Assembly: GCA_010405405.1 (NCBI GenBank)
Contig: MU004233.1
Coordinates: forward strand, 1,005,122 to 1,069,121
Source: Microthyrium microscopicum
Taxonomy: Eukaryota
Reading direction: 5' to 3'
DNA length: 64,000 nucleotides
A model generated the notes under the pieces. It ran no database searches. It was not told the origin of the DNA and saw only the letters and a program-made list of their open reading frames with translations. The stretch's first letter is position 1; every line of letters begins with the position of its first letter. Position numbers and translations under genes: made by a program. Of the stretch, positions 1-11,733 are shown piece by piece.

Positions 1-476
1 GAGGTCGAAGAAGAAGAAGGGTGGAAAGTTGCATGTGAAGTTGGATGACGACCAGCCACCCCGGCACCTTCCAATCAACCACCAACAACATCACGACATT
101 CAGCACCTCAAGCATCGTCCAATCTCTACTACAATAACTTACTTTTCATGACCATTTATCAAAACATGGAAAGCAAAAAGTCTGTCCGGTAAACACCAAT
201 ATTCTCTTAAGGCGCAGCGCTACTCTACTCAGGCTTCGCTAAGAAATGCTCCGACAAACAGCAATTCTCTGCAACGTCCAGTGAGTTACGAAACGGAGAC
301 TTTTCGACAGAAGATGGAAAAGGCCGCTCTTGCTTCCTGTGACGATACACGCTCGTGTAACTTTGCACATCAACATTAGCCTGACGCAAGAGACCACGAA
401 CCGGAACCGCCTGGAATACATCAACGAATCCCGCAACTAGAAACATTTCCGGATTTTTCAAGACAGTCTCTCCGTC

Positions 477-1124
477 ATGGAACCAAACAAGAGCGACGCA
501 ATGAGTATCACAGCCACACCAGCTGTCGGGGGTCCTCAATCAGATGCTACTGTCCAGTACATGCAGTATACCAATGAGATGGAGCCACAATACCTTGAAG
601 CCATCCGCAAACTCATCGGCCGCGACCTTTCAGAGCCATATAGCATCTACGTGTATCGCTATTTCCTCTTCAACTGGCCGGATCTCTGCTGGCTAGCCTT
701 GGACGACAATACCAAGGAGCTGCTCGGCGTCATCATCTGCAAGCTCGAACATCATCGCAGTGGGACATATCGGGGCTACATCGCAATGCTTGCTGTTGAG
801 ACGGTGTGTCGCGGACGCGGACTAGGCTCGACATTGGCCAAGCACGCGATCGACAGCATGAGTGATAAAGGCGCCGACGAGATCGTGTTGGAAACGGAGA
901 CGAACAACACGGCTTCGCTGAAGCTGTATGAGAAGCTTGGGTTTTTGTGCACCAAGCAGCTTCATCGATACTATCTGAATGGCAATAATGCGTTCAGGCT
1001 GGCGCTGTACTTATCAGATTTGAGGACACGGGCGGATCAGGATGGGAGGCCCATGGTGCCTGCGCCCAGTATTAGTAGGCCGTGGGACGAGAGCCAGGAA
1101 TACGATGATGAACTTTACGGCTGA
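477..1124 (+). CDS. MAK3: NatC N-terminal acetyltransferase catalytic subunit (Mak3/Naa30, GNAT)
   Basis: Motifs DLSEPYSIYVYRYF, GYIAMLAV, RGRGLG, LETE..N..SLKLYE.LGF and RYYLNG are typical of Mak3. The start could be a downstream Met. Confidence 0.93.
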   Translation: MEPNKSDAMSITATPAVGGPQSDATVQYMQYTNEMEPQYLEAIRKLIGRDLSEPYSIYVYRYFLFNWPDLCWLALDDNTKELLGVIICKLEHHRSGTYRGYIAMLAVETVCRGRGLGSTLAKHAIDSMSDKGADEIVLETETNNTASLKLYEKLGFLCTKQLHRYYLNGNNAFRLALYLSDLRTRADQDGRPMVPAPSISRPWDESQEYDDELYG

Positions 1125-1933
1125 AGGGCAGACGGTCCACATGACGAGACCAAGAATTGCTGGGATTGAATGCAGGGAACATCCAACTGCAGTAGAGGTA
1201 TGTACAAAGACTCTAATCCTGGAAAAATGGGCTAAGCTAACGGCCATGTGAGAATATATATCCTGACGTCCATGCTATGCCGTGCCTCACGCTCAAGTTT
1301 TTGATGGTAGTTACACTGACACTCCGGGAGCATATACTCTCCTAGTAATGAAAGTATTCCCTAAGCGTAATTCTTTTGGTGCAACTCCAGTCATGAGAAA
1401 CCCATCATTACCATCAAGCTGACTCCGTTCTATCAAACTTTGGCTTTCCCAATTTCAGTTGAATCTATATCGATGCGATCATGAACCGAGATTCGCTCGC
1501 CGCAGTACTGGGTTATATTATCCTACAAAAAATGTTCTTACAGAGTTGATTGAAAGCCTTCAGCTAATAAAAATCATGTACACTGCCTGACAACAAGTTG
1601 CTCCGGTTAATCTATCGCTTTATGTAAACGTTATCATGAGCTCAAGTGGAGTAATGCCGAGCACAATACTATGCCGAGAAGGGCCAAACACTGAGATCTC
1701 TTCCTATGTAGCCATTCTCATCGCGTACAAACGCATTATGGTAATTGGATCTGACCACTCCATGAGGTCAGACCGCGCAGTTAGTATAAATTATGCCAGA
1801 CTTCCAGATAGTTCAGCTATGAGCGTTCAACATCGCCGACTTCTCGTATACTTCCTTTCGACTGGGCCAATTTGACACGGCATGATATAAGCACTCAAAT
1901 TTAAGACTGGTCTATCTATAAACAAGGCCAGGA

Positions 1934-3706
1934 ATGACGCAGAATCACAGAAGAGGTAAAAGTCTCGACGACAAATCTATCTGGGGCGATGCTCCCAAAG
2001 TGATCGATAAAGATAGATTCTATGCAATGGCCCGGTTTTTGAACAAAGCAAAACAGCATCCTTTTTGGACTGTACACATACCCCTAGACGATAGCAGATC
2101 TGCAAATGAACCTAACTACGAGCAAAGCCTTACTCCAGAGATAAGCCAACTACACGAGCTCGAGCTCATGCAGAAACCTGAACAGACACAAGGACTTCAA
2201 CAGATCGATGATCCTCAATGGACACATGAGCCAGAAGATAACGAAGGCTCAAAATCACCTCATGGTCAATTTCTTGATCAGCTTGCTTTAATATTTGCAC
2301 GCGCCAAACTTGCCAGTAGTGCCGAATTTACCCTGTATCTTAACAAGAATAACTTGCCTAAAATCGATACATGTGCAGGTGAGGCGAGAGACAATGTCAC
2401 GGCAACAGCTTTGATGGAGCCCACAGTTTCTGATCATGTTGCCTGTCCAAATGTCATGCAAGTGTTCATTGCGAAGAACAGTGGACCGCAGAGGTTTGAT
2501 GATTTAGATGACCGCAAATTTGCTTCTAAACTTGAGGAGTGGTATAACCATTTGAATGTTCGTAATCTGCCGCCAGATCCTACTACGATCATGTGGAAAC
2601 GCTTGCTAAGCTTCTGGCGGTGGCGACACAGGTACTATGTGTTGAAGATCAAGGCCGCCTGGGACGAATTGCAGCGAAGTAGCCTTTTCCTATCGGGTAG
2701 TCTGGTTGACTTGGGGCCGAGTCCTGAACTGGATTACATAGCCCTGCAAGATGATTGTGAGCACATTCAAAAGCTCATATCTTGGCTTGAAGCGGAGACA
2801 CTGGAACATATACTGTCTCGCGACAGTGCACTAAACAGGTTCGTATACAGAGTTTGCTGGGAAGATCGGAACGCCTGGAGTACATTCAAGATTGATAGGA
2901 ATCAAGAAGCACCAGAAGGCCTATCGAACAAACAATGGGGTCGAATAAAGACCTTGCTTAAGATCGTGACGAACTTCAAGCTTCTCAAAACACTCAAGCT
3001 ATTCTGGAAAGCCTGCATATCGCTAAGTCGTGCATATCCAAAGTACAAAATAGCGATGAAGTTCCTGCCTAAATATCGGATTGACCAGATTGATAATGAG
3101 CCCTTTCTACGATATATGGAACAATGTTCTATCGACCACCCAGAATCCAAAAAGGATTTGGACAAGATCAAAGGTGGAGTTGACAAGAGATATTTCGATC
3201 GTCTATTTCACTGCGAACTTCAAGTTCTCCGTCTCCATGGAACGGTGGCCCTAGACTCTGTAGATGGCCTGACAAGGGTATCTGAAGACGGCGTATGGAA
3301 GCTTTTGCGATATGTCGGTTGCAGTAAGCTCTCGTGCTTCTTTTGCTGGGAAGTGCTTCGATCCTGCGGATTCTATACCAGAAACACACATGGAAAACTG
3401 TGCGCCAATTGTGCATTTCCACTTCAGAACTTGCCAGAGGGGTCTACCCAGAAGGTGGTTAATTGTCTAGCACGGCTAAACTCCGAAATGGAAGTAGTTT
3501 GTGCCAAGGTATTCCGAGAAGGACTTCATTCACGTAGAGACCGTGGCAAGCCAGACACCGCACCGGCATCTAGAGCATCGAGTCTCTCTCGCCATAGTGT
3601 ATGGGGTAGTCCAAAATCGTCGAGTACATTTGGAAGTCCACGACTTCAAGAATTGCCTGAAAGCGAGGAGGAATTAGACGATTCTTTTGATAGTAATCAT
3701 TGGTAA
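1934..3706 (+). CDS. OTT_1508-like nucleic acid/nucleotide deaminase-domain protein (590 aa, single exon)
   Basis: C-terminal Zn-deaminase signature FHCELQVL (HxE, 3209-3217), YVGCSKLSCFFCW (CxxC, ~3335) and THGK. N-terminal DQLALIFAR/VTATAL/FIAKN motifs resemble fungal members of the family. Confidence 0.75.
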   Translation: MTQNHRRGKSLDDKSIWGDAPKVIDKDRFYAMARFLNKAKQHPFWTVHIPLDDSRSANEPNYEQSLTPEISQLHELELMQKPEQTQGLQQIDDPQWTHEPEDNEGSKSPHGQFLDQLALIFARAKLASSAEFTLYLNKNNLPKIDTCAGEARDNVTATALMEPTVSDHVACPNVMQVFIAKNSGPQRFDDLDDRKFASKLEEWYNHLNVRNLPPDPTTIMWKRLLSFWRWRHRYYVLKIKAAWDELQRSSLFLSGSLVDLGPSPELDYIALQDDCEHIQKLISWLEAETLEHILSRDSALNRFVYRVCWEDRNAWSTFKIDRNQEAPEGLSNKQWGRIKTLLKIVTNFKLLKTLKLFWKACISLSRAYPKYKIAMKFLPKYRIDQIDNEPFLRYMEQCSIDHPESKKDLDKIKGGVDKRYFDRLFHCELQVLRLHGTVALDSVDGLTRVSEDGVWKLLRYVGCSKLSCFFCWEVLRSCGFYTRNTHGKLCANCAFPLQNLPEGSTQKVVNCLARLNSEMEVVCAKVFREGLHSRRDRGKPDTAPASRASSLSRHSVWGSPKSSSTFGSPRLQELPESEEELDDSFDSNHW

Positions 3707-4251
3707 CTTCAATGTGAATGTTTTGGATCTGAGCATAAGTATGGACCTTCAATTTGCCATATCAAATGCTCTTCGATGTAGGTACGTGCCGTAATACCTG
3801 TGTGTCAGTGGTTCCCAAGTCGTGACTCCAAGTCTGACGATAGAATCGTTAAATTGGATTACGGAGACAGCTGTAGTTCCATGGGAACAGCAGTCTGAAG
3901 TGAGATTTGGAGAAGATTACATGAGCAAATATCATGATATAGCTTGGAAGATGTTGGATAACCTCAAAGGCTGAAGCGTCGAAGTAACTTTATAGGAGAG
4001 CGTGCACGGACGATAAACTTCACGCTAAACTAGAGCTTAGTTCACTAGGGACCCCTGTCAGAATTTTGGGCCAGATTGCATCAAAGATCCATATCTACCT
4101 ACTACCAAACTACCAATCTTCAAATAACTGGCCACATCAACATCTACTCACATATTTCTCTCGAGTCCCATAGCTGCCATCGCAGCGCCCATCTTCGCCT
4201 GTCCATAGGCTTATCCTTCGCTCGCGGACGCGTCCGCAAACCATCCTCAGA

Positions 4252-5541
4252 ATGCTCGCTCCCCTTTCCTGGCAGCTTCTCTTCCTCGTCTTCGCCGTCC
4301 TCGCCCTCTGCGCCGAAGACTACTACAAACTCCTCGAAATAAAAAAAGATGCCACAGACCGCGAACTCAAAAAAGCATACCGTATGCTCAGTAAAAAATA
4401 CCACCCAGACAAGAACCAGTACATCCGCCCCCCTTCGGCCTTTCGCAACTACATTTAGCTAACACTGAAATCTAGGGGCGATCAAACCGCACACGACAAA
4501 TTCGTCGCCATCGCTGAAGCCTACGACATCCTCTCCGACGAAGAAACACGCCGCATCTACGACCAATACGGGCACGACGGCGTAAAGCAACACAAAGCTG
4601 GCGGCGGACCAGGACGAGGCCACGATCCATTTGATTTGTTCAGCCGCTTCTTTGGTGGGTCAGGCCATTTTGGACATGGTCAACGGGAGCAGAGGGGGCC
4701 GGATAAGACGGCGACGATTCAGCTTCCATTGCGCGACTTTTATAATGGCGTGGAGAGAGATTTTAGCATCGAGAAGCAGGTTGTTTGCTCAGCGTGCGAA
4801 GGATCTGGCAGTGAAGATGGTCAACGGGATCAGTGTACGACGTGTCAGGGGCATGGTGTGGTTATTCAGAAACATCAGATTGCGCCGGGCTTTATTCAGC
4901 AGATGCAGATGCAGTGTCCGAAGTGTAAAGGGAAGGGCCATACTGTGCGGCACGTCTGTCCTGTGTGCCAGGGCAATCGCGTCACGCGCGAGAAAGAGGA
5001 ATATAAGCTTGTGGTTGAGCGAGGTCTTCCACGAGGCATGCGGATCACGTACGAAAATGAGGCGGATGAAAGCCCGGATTGGCAGGCTGGCGATTTAGTG
5101 CTGGAAGTACATGAGGCGCCACCGGAGATCGCGACGAAAGGCGAGTCGGATAAGACGAAGACGGCTGATGGCACGTTTTTCAGACGCAAGGGACGCGATT
5201 TGTTCTGGCGCGAGGTGCTCAGTCTACGGGAAGCGTGGATGGGCGACTGGACACGCAACATTACGCATCTGGATGGGCATATCGTTTCGCTCAAGCGGGA
5301 GCGCGGACATGTGGTACAGCCAGGGCAGGTGGAGGTGCTTGATGGCGAAGGCATGCCGGTGTGGTATGAGGATAAGGCGACTGATGAGTTTGGGAGACTG
5401 TTTGTCGAGTACTTTGTGGTGCTTCCTGATCAGATGGAGGGCGGCATGGAGAAAGACTTTTGGGCGCTTTGGGAAAAGTGGCGGTTAAAGCAGGGCGTAC
5501 ATTTGGATAAGGAGGCCGGACGGGTCAAGGATGAGTTATAA
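4252..5541 (+). CDS. SCJ1: ER-lumenal DnaJ/Hsp40 chaperone Scj1 (intron 4419-4475)
   Basis: Signal peptide, J-domain with HPDKN, four CxxCxGxG-type zinc repeats and C-terminal KDEL. A GT..GCTAAC..AG intron restores the frame. Confidence 0.92.
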
Positions 5542-5915
5542 TGGGCACTTTAGAACATGTACGATGGGGAGTTTTACGAGTTTTTGTGGTCACTTTTGAC
5601 AATGTTGTTGTATTAGTAGTATAGACGCATTAGACCGGAGTTCTAGAGTTGACTCCGACTTGCATTATATCCATCCGTTTTGACGCCCAACCTCATTTTC
5701 CTCATGTCCTGCTTTATCCGTGGTATCATGCTCCGTTGCGCCGTTGCTGTTAGGAATACATCCTTCGTTGTGATTTCTTTTGATTACCAGGCTGTGCCTT
5801 TCATGCCATTTTGATGTTTCCACACTATGACTACAGATGTGACCGAACAGGGTCTATGTTACTCGAAGAAATTCGAGCTTCTATGCTGTAAGAAAATCGG
5901 AGATATGTTTAGAGA

Positions 5916-7361
5916 TCATGAAAATAGTGCCACATCGTCCTCATCAGCATCAGCCATGCCGGCACGGGTGATGAACGGATGCCGTAACGCTTGCTCAGCA
6001 GTAATGCGTTTGAACGGGTCCAGCTCCAAGCAGCGTCCTAGAAACTCGACAGCCTCTTCCTCGTCAGCGGGCATGCGTTGGCGGTTGCCATCCTTGTCCT
6101 TGCGAGAGCGGTCGGTGGACCACATGACAATCTTCTCCAGACTATGGCCATTCTCGCTGTAAGATGGAATGTTGGTCTCCATGATAGTGCCGTGCATAAC
6201 AGCAGCTTGGGCCATGCGCTTTTTGCCAAAGATGTGTGTAAGCTCAAGGAGGGCCTCGATATCGTCGGCGCTGTGGAAGAAGGGAAATCGACGAGCCAGA
6301 AGGGTCAGAAGAATAACACCAGCACTCCAGATGTCAATGGAAGTTGTCTGGGCAGTGCATTTGTATAGGACCTCAGGGGCTCGAAAGCCACGCGTACCAG
6401 CACGATTGGCGCGGCGAGAGGGTCGAGTGTCCCTGTCAGACTTTGGATATGAGTTGGCAGGAAGGTGATCGAAGTGGCCTTGGTGGATGGCAGACATTTC
6501 TAGGCGCCATTGCCGTGCGCTCGGAGACAATTCACAATTACAGGCTATGTAATCGGTGCCTTGACGCTCGGCAAGACCAAAATCGACTAATACGCCATAA
6601 TTTTGGGCCGGATTGTAGAGAAAGTTGGTGGGCTTGATGTCGCGATGAATAATGCCTCGCTTGTGCACGGCAGCTAAGCTAGTGAACAAGCACTGAAAAT
6701 ATGGACGCATATCCGCTATGGTCATTTCTCGGAAATACTCGCGAAAATCTTGGTGCTGAAAGTAGGGAAGGATGGCGATGACTTGATCTTGATGTCGAAG
6801 GGCGGTGATGAGGGGGCAGACTGCGTCGTGTTCTCGAAGATCTCGTAATAAATCGAGCTCATTGAATATGCGCATCGGACTGCTCGTAACGTAGATTTTT
6901 TTGATTGCAACATATCGTGGTTCTCGGCGGCTTTTGCTTGGTTTACGTGTGTGTTGTCTCCATGGCGAGTTATTCTTATTTGTGATATCCCAATTGTTTT
7001 GGTACTGATCATATTGTAGATCTTCTGCTTTGTATACTGTAGAAAAAGTCCCTGGAAGAGTTAGACTTGGTAAGCATACAAATCAAAACAACATACCCTC
7101 TCCAATACGGTTGATCAATCTATATCGATCTTCGAGTCCTTTGAAAGAACTTAAGAAATGGCCCATTTCGTCGGCTACATCTTCGTCAATCTCCTCGTCC
7201 TCTGTAGATTGACCCTCTTGACTAGAGTTGTCCTCGACAGAATCAGTGTCGTCGGCTTCCATGTCAGATGCTTGAGTGTTGTCGACGTTATCAGACGTGT
7301 CTTCGCGAATTGGAAACTGGGTGAGAGTGACCGCGGCAGTCTTGGTTCGCGGCATGGTCAT
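5916..7361 (-). CDS. CDC7: Cdc7/Hsk1 (DDK) Ser/Thr kinase (intron 7052-7096)
   Basis: Spliced IGEGTFSTVYKA, VAIKKIYVTSSPMRIFNEL, HRDIKPTNFL, DFGLAE and RRANRAGTRGFRAPEVL. Confidence 0.95.
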
Positions 7362-7505
7362 TTATGTTAGCTCAAGCCTGGAGGGGTGTTGGCAGGCGAT
7401 TTCAAGGAATTGAGTTCTAAGGGCGGGGATACGTGCAAGCTGTCTCGGACTGTTGGAATGGTCTTGCAATTGGTGTTGGTACTTCTTACGAAGTGAACCA
7501 CAGAA

Positions 7506-7596
7506 CCATGTTTGGGACGGAAGTGGCCATGGACGACGATCAGCCGCGGCACTAAGCCTATTTGGGCAAAACGTAAACACCGCGTCGCTCCCGCGT
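7506..7596. promoter_or_regulatory. Shared divergent CDC7/YCS4 promoter with candidate MADS(Mcm1)-like, forkhead and MCB-like sites
   Basis: CCTATTTGGG at 7557-7566, GTAAACA at 7573-7579, CGCGT at 7581 and 7592, and CCATGTTTGG at 7506-7515. Confidence 0.35.
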
Positions 7597-7709
7597 TCAA
7601 GCGCTGCCCGCAAAACACTCTGAAGTCCTCAACACCAACAACATCTCACTCTTTTGAGAAGAAAACAACACAAACTCATCCAGCTGTTTACTCTTTTTCA
7701 GCGCCCAAA

Positions 7710-10700
7710 ATGGATGACCGAATCGAATTCGACGTCAACGATGCCCTCAAACATTACCTTTCCGACCCTCTCTCGGTCTCTACTCCCGAGGCGCCATCCG
7801 AACTCGTCGATTGCGAAAACGACCCCGAAGCCTTCACTCCAGCTCTCATCAACAGTACTTTGAACCCCGTGGTCGAGTCTGTCGCTGAGAATCCCGAAGC
7901 CATCACGCGTCGCATAAACTTTGATACCATACAATTCCTTCTCAAGTGCGCACCCACCCGCGCCGAAATAGATGCCGACGGAGCTCAGGCACCGCTGTAT
8001 GAACATTCACTAGGCCCCAGCGAAACATCTCGCAAGGCCAAAGGAAAACAGCGGCGACGGAGCTCAGTAGCATACCCAGAAATACTAAGAAGCGGTGATT
8101 CTAACTGTCCCCTTTTCGTTCTATCTAGATGCAGTTCTATAATTCCTGCTAGTACCCTCAGCAAGGTCCTAGATCTTCTCGTTTCGAGTCTGAGCGCGGC
8201 GGCCGATGTTGCGCATGCGGATATCGAAGCCGAGGAGCAAGAAGCTCTCGCTCATCACAAACAACTTCTCGAAGTGTATGCTTTTTTGCTGCAATGGACC
8301 ATTGCCGCAGTCGAAACAAAGGCTACCGAAAAGCAAGCCTCTGCACCGGCAAGGGCACGCAAAGGTGCAAAAGCCAAGGGTAAAGATGGAGCATGGGATG
8401 CTTCAGGCCAGCTCACCACAGCCATGGACGTCATGAGCAAGGTAATGAAACTGAAGCTTGTCCGAATTTTTGTTACAACCTCCGAGAGGGATACCTTCAT
8501 TTCGCTCTTCACACGGCCGGTCTATCTCATTTTGGAAAATGAGCAGAGAATCAAGAGCACCGTCATCAAAATGCATGCTTTCAAGGCTCTCTGTATGGCA
8601 GTTAAGCATCATGGACACGCCATTGGTAGGCCCATTTCATTTCATTTCTCTTACAAACGCTGACCAAATCAGCCGCTCAAACTTCCATTGTCCAAAGTTT
8701 GACCTACTTTGAGCATCTTTCGGAGCCCATGGCCGAGTTCTTGCAAATTCTGTCGGAGCAATACGATCACATGCAACTCGCTGAAGAAGTTCTACGAGAA
8801 CTCAGCAACAAGGAATTCAATGCCAACGACACCAAAGGACCCAAATCCGTCTCAACTTTCATTGCGAAGCTATCGGAACTCGCTCCTCGTCTCGTTCTCA
8901 AGCAAATGACACTGCTAGCCCGATTCATGGATAGCGAGTCATATACGCTACGGTGCGCTATCATCGAAGTCTGTGGCAACCTTGTCGCTATGCTCAGCAA
9001 GGAGCAAGAAGGTGAACGAAGTGAACAAGCCGAAGCTCAAATCGATGTTTTTTGTAATGTTTTGGAAGAGCGATTCCTTGATCTGAACCCATACTGCCGG
9101 TGCCGCACAATTCAAGTCATTGTGAAGCTTTGCGACCTCGATTCCAAGTTTCCCCCAGAGCGAAGACAAGCAGCAGCAGCGTTAGCCACCCGGAGCCTGG
9201 AGGACAAGAGCAGCAACGTTCGAAGAAACGCAATCAAACTACTTGCCAAACTTGTATCCAGCCACCGATATGCTGCTATGCATGGGGGATTGCTCTCTCA
9301 TACCGTTTGGGCGCAGGGCTTGGCAGAGGTAGAGGAAGAGATGAACAGACTACAACCACCAAAGGAACTAGAAGAGAACAAGGACGGTGAAGCTGCAGTC
9401 GATACAGCCCTTCTTGATGACGAGACCCGCATCGACAGTCCCAAGAAAAATCCGACTGAAATGACGGAGGAAGAAAAGATGGCTATTATCGAGAAAGCAC
9501 AAGCAGAAGCGAAGACAGCCGATGAGCTCAACATCCTGAATCTCAAGAAGCGTTATTACACTGATGCTATTGAGTTTATTGAAACGCTACATGCGGCGTC
9601 AAACACCGTATGCCAGCTGCTCTCATCAAAGAACAAGAGCGAAGTTATTGAAGCCATGGACTTTTTCGTCATGTTGGACGCCTACAAGATCGAGACCGCT
9701 AGAACCGGAATTCGACGTATGCTAAGACTTATCTGGACTAAAGGCAACAGTGACGAAGGAAAAGGAGTTCAGGCTCATTTGATTGAATCCTACAAAGGCC
9801 TCTTCTTCCAGGCTCCAGACACATTCAATCTCAACGACGCTGCGAATTATGTTGCTCGGAACATGATCAGTCTCACCTACGGTGCTACTCCAGCCGAACT
9901 CACATCTCTAGAGCAATTACTCAGCGTCATGATGAAAGAGCGAATGGTCGGCGAAATGGTCATCCAAAAGCTATGGCAAGTCTACGGCGTTCAACGCCAA
10001 ACTTCCAAGACTCAGCGGCGCGGCGCAATCATCGTCCTTGGAATGCTTGTGCTTGCAGATCCAGAGATCGTCGTCAAAGAGATGGAGACTTGTCTACGAA
10101 TTGGTCTTGGTGATCATGGTCGTCAGGATCTCAACCTCGCTCGGTATACATGCATTGCTCTTCGGAGAGTCAACCATGTTTCCAAACAAATCGTCAAAGA
10201 TGCACAAAAGGCCCCTGCCGTGGGCCGACTTCCAAATGATCATGCTGTACTCACCCGATTAGCTGGTATGGTAGAGCTCGTGTCTGATAATGTTGAGTGG
10301 TTCGGGGTTGCCGAACAAGCCATCGGTGCCATTTACGCGCTGTCAAAGCATCCAGATATCCTTTGCACTGACATCATTCGACGGAAGACGAAGCAGGTGT
10401 TTGGCCGCAAAGCTCAACCTGCAGAGCGCGATCCAGACGCTATGGAAGTTGATGATGACAATGAGCGACCGGCCAGTCCATCACCAGTAGTCGATGTCCA
10501 CGGCAAGCCCATCAAATCATCTGCTCTACTGTCTCAACTCCTCTTTACTGTCGGACATGTCGCCATTAAGCAAATAGTTCATCTTGAACTCTGCGAACAG
10601 GATTTCAAGCGCCGTAAAGCTCAGAAAGAAGGCACAGCTGGGGCCAAAACGCCACAAAAGGAAAATACACCAGCGGCCAAAGGTCGACGCAAGGCTTCAA

Positions 10701-11613
10701 CCAAGGCCGAGCCAGCCGAAGAGCAAGACGATCTAGATCTTATCGGTGGAACCACAGAAGACGACTTTACCGAAGCCATGGCTCACATCCGGGAGCGCGA
10801 ACTCCTTTATGGGGAGACCTCTCTCCTTGCGCGGTTCGGAACTCTTGTTGGCCAAATCTGCTCACAGCCAAAGGTGTACGCGGACATCACATTGCAATCT
10901 CAAGCAGCTTTGTGTATGGCCAAACTCATGTGCGTCTCCAGTGAATACTGCGCCACCCATCTCGATCTCCTCCTGTCCATTCTCGACACCTCCCCCAACG
11001 CGACCGTCCGCAGCAACTTGGTTCTCGCCCTCGGTGATATGGCCGTCTGCTTCAACCACCTCATTGACGAAGATACTGGTGCTCTCTATCGCCGTCTGAA
11101 CGATGATGATGCCAGTGTCAAACGCACGTGTCTGATGACTCTGACCTTCCTGATCTTGGCTGGCCAAGTCAAGGTCAAGGGCCAGTTGGGCGAGATGGCC
11201 AAATGTACAGAGGATGAGGATGTGCGGATACGCGATATGAGTCGCATGTTCTTCACAGAGCTAGCGACCAAGGACAATGCGGTGTATAACCACTTTGTCG
11301 ACATGTTTAGTCTGCTAAGTGCGGATGGAGAAGTCAGTGAGGAGGCTTTCAGACGGATTGTCAAATTTTTGGCTGGATTTATCGAGAAGGTATGTTTGAT
11401 ATCCCGCCGCACTGACCTGTACTTTTCTAACGTCCGTGATAGGATAAACACGCTCGACAACTGGCCGCCAAGTTGGCCGCTAGATTACAAGGCTGCGAAA
11501 ACGAGCGGCAATGGAACGACGTCTCGTACGTTCTCGGGTTACTACCGCATAAAAACGAAGAGATCCAGACATTGGTGGCAGAAGGATTCAAACTCATCCA
11601 AGCAGAAGCATAA
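7710..11613 (+). CDS. YCS4: Condensin complex subunit 1 (Ycs4/Cnd1/CAP-D2); introns 7946-8128, 8626-8672, 11390-11442
   Basis: HEAT-repeat protein with SERDTFISLFTRP, LEDKSSNVRRNAIKLL and LILAGQVKVKGQLGEMAKC. Canonical introns join the ORFs. Confidence 0.94.
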
Positions 11614-11733
11614 TGTTTTTCTACGTATTCTAATGACAGCGGCGTTTCGTTTGATGTCATATTGACTTTTACGCAGTCAAAGCCAGCGATTGAATTAACG
11701 TTAAATCATCTACATTTTCTAACCATGCCTCAT

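Noticed and set aside
1934..3706. Deaminase as the cause of local C-to-T mutation
   Set aside because: RIP is known to depend on RID/DIM-2 methyltransferase-like proteins, and proximity alone is not evidence.
4631..7212. Alternative-frame and antisense ORFs over SCJ1 and CDC7 (similar ones occur over other genes)
   Set aside because: Shadows of GC-rich coding sequence.
7512..7709. N-terminal extension of YCS4 in the ORF track
   Set aside because: It begins at a non-ATG codon in the promoter; the ATG at 7710 has good context.
11390..11665. C-terminus of the 988-aa ORF (VCLISRR...)
   Set aside because: Read-through of intron 11390-11442; the spliced frame ends at 11613.
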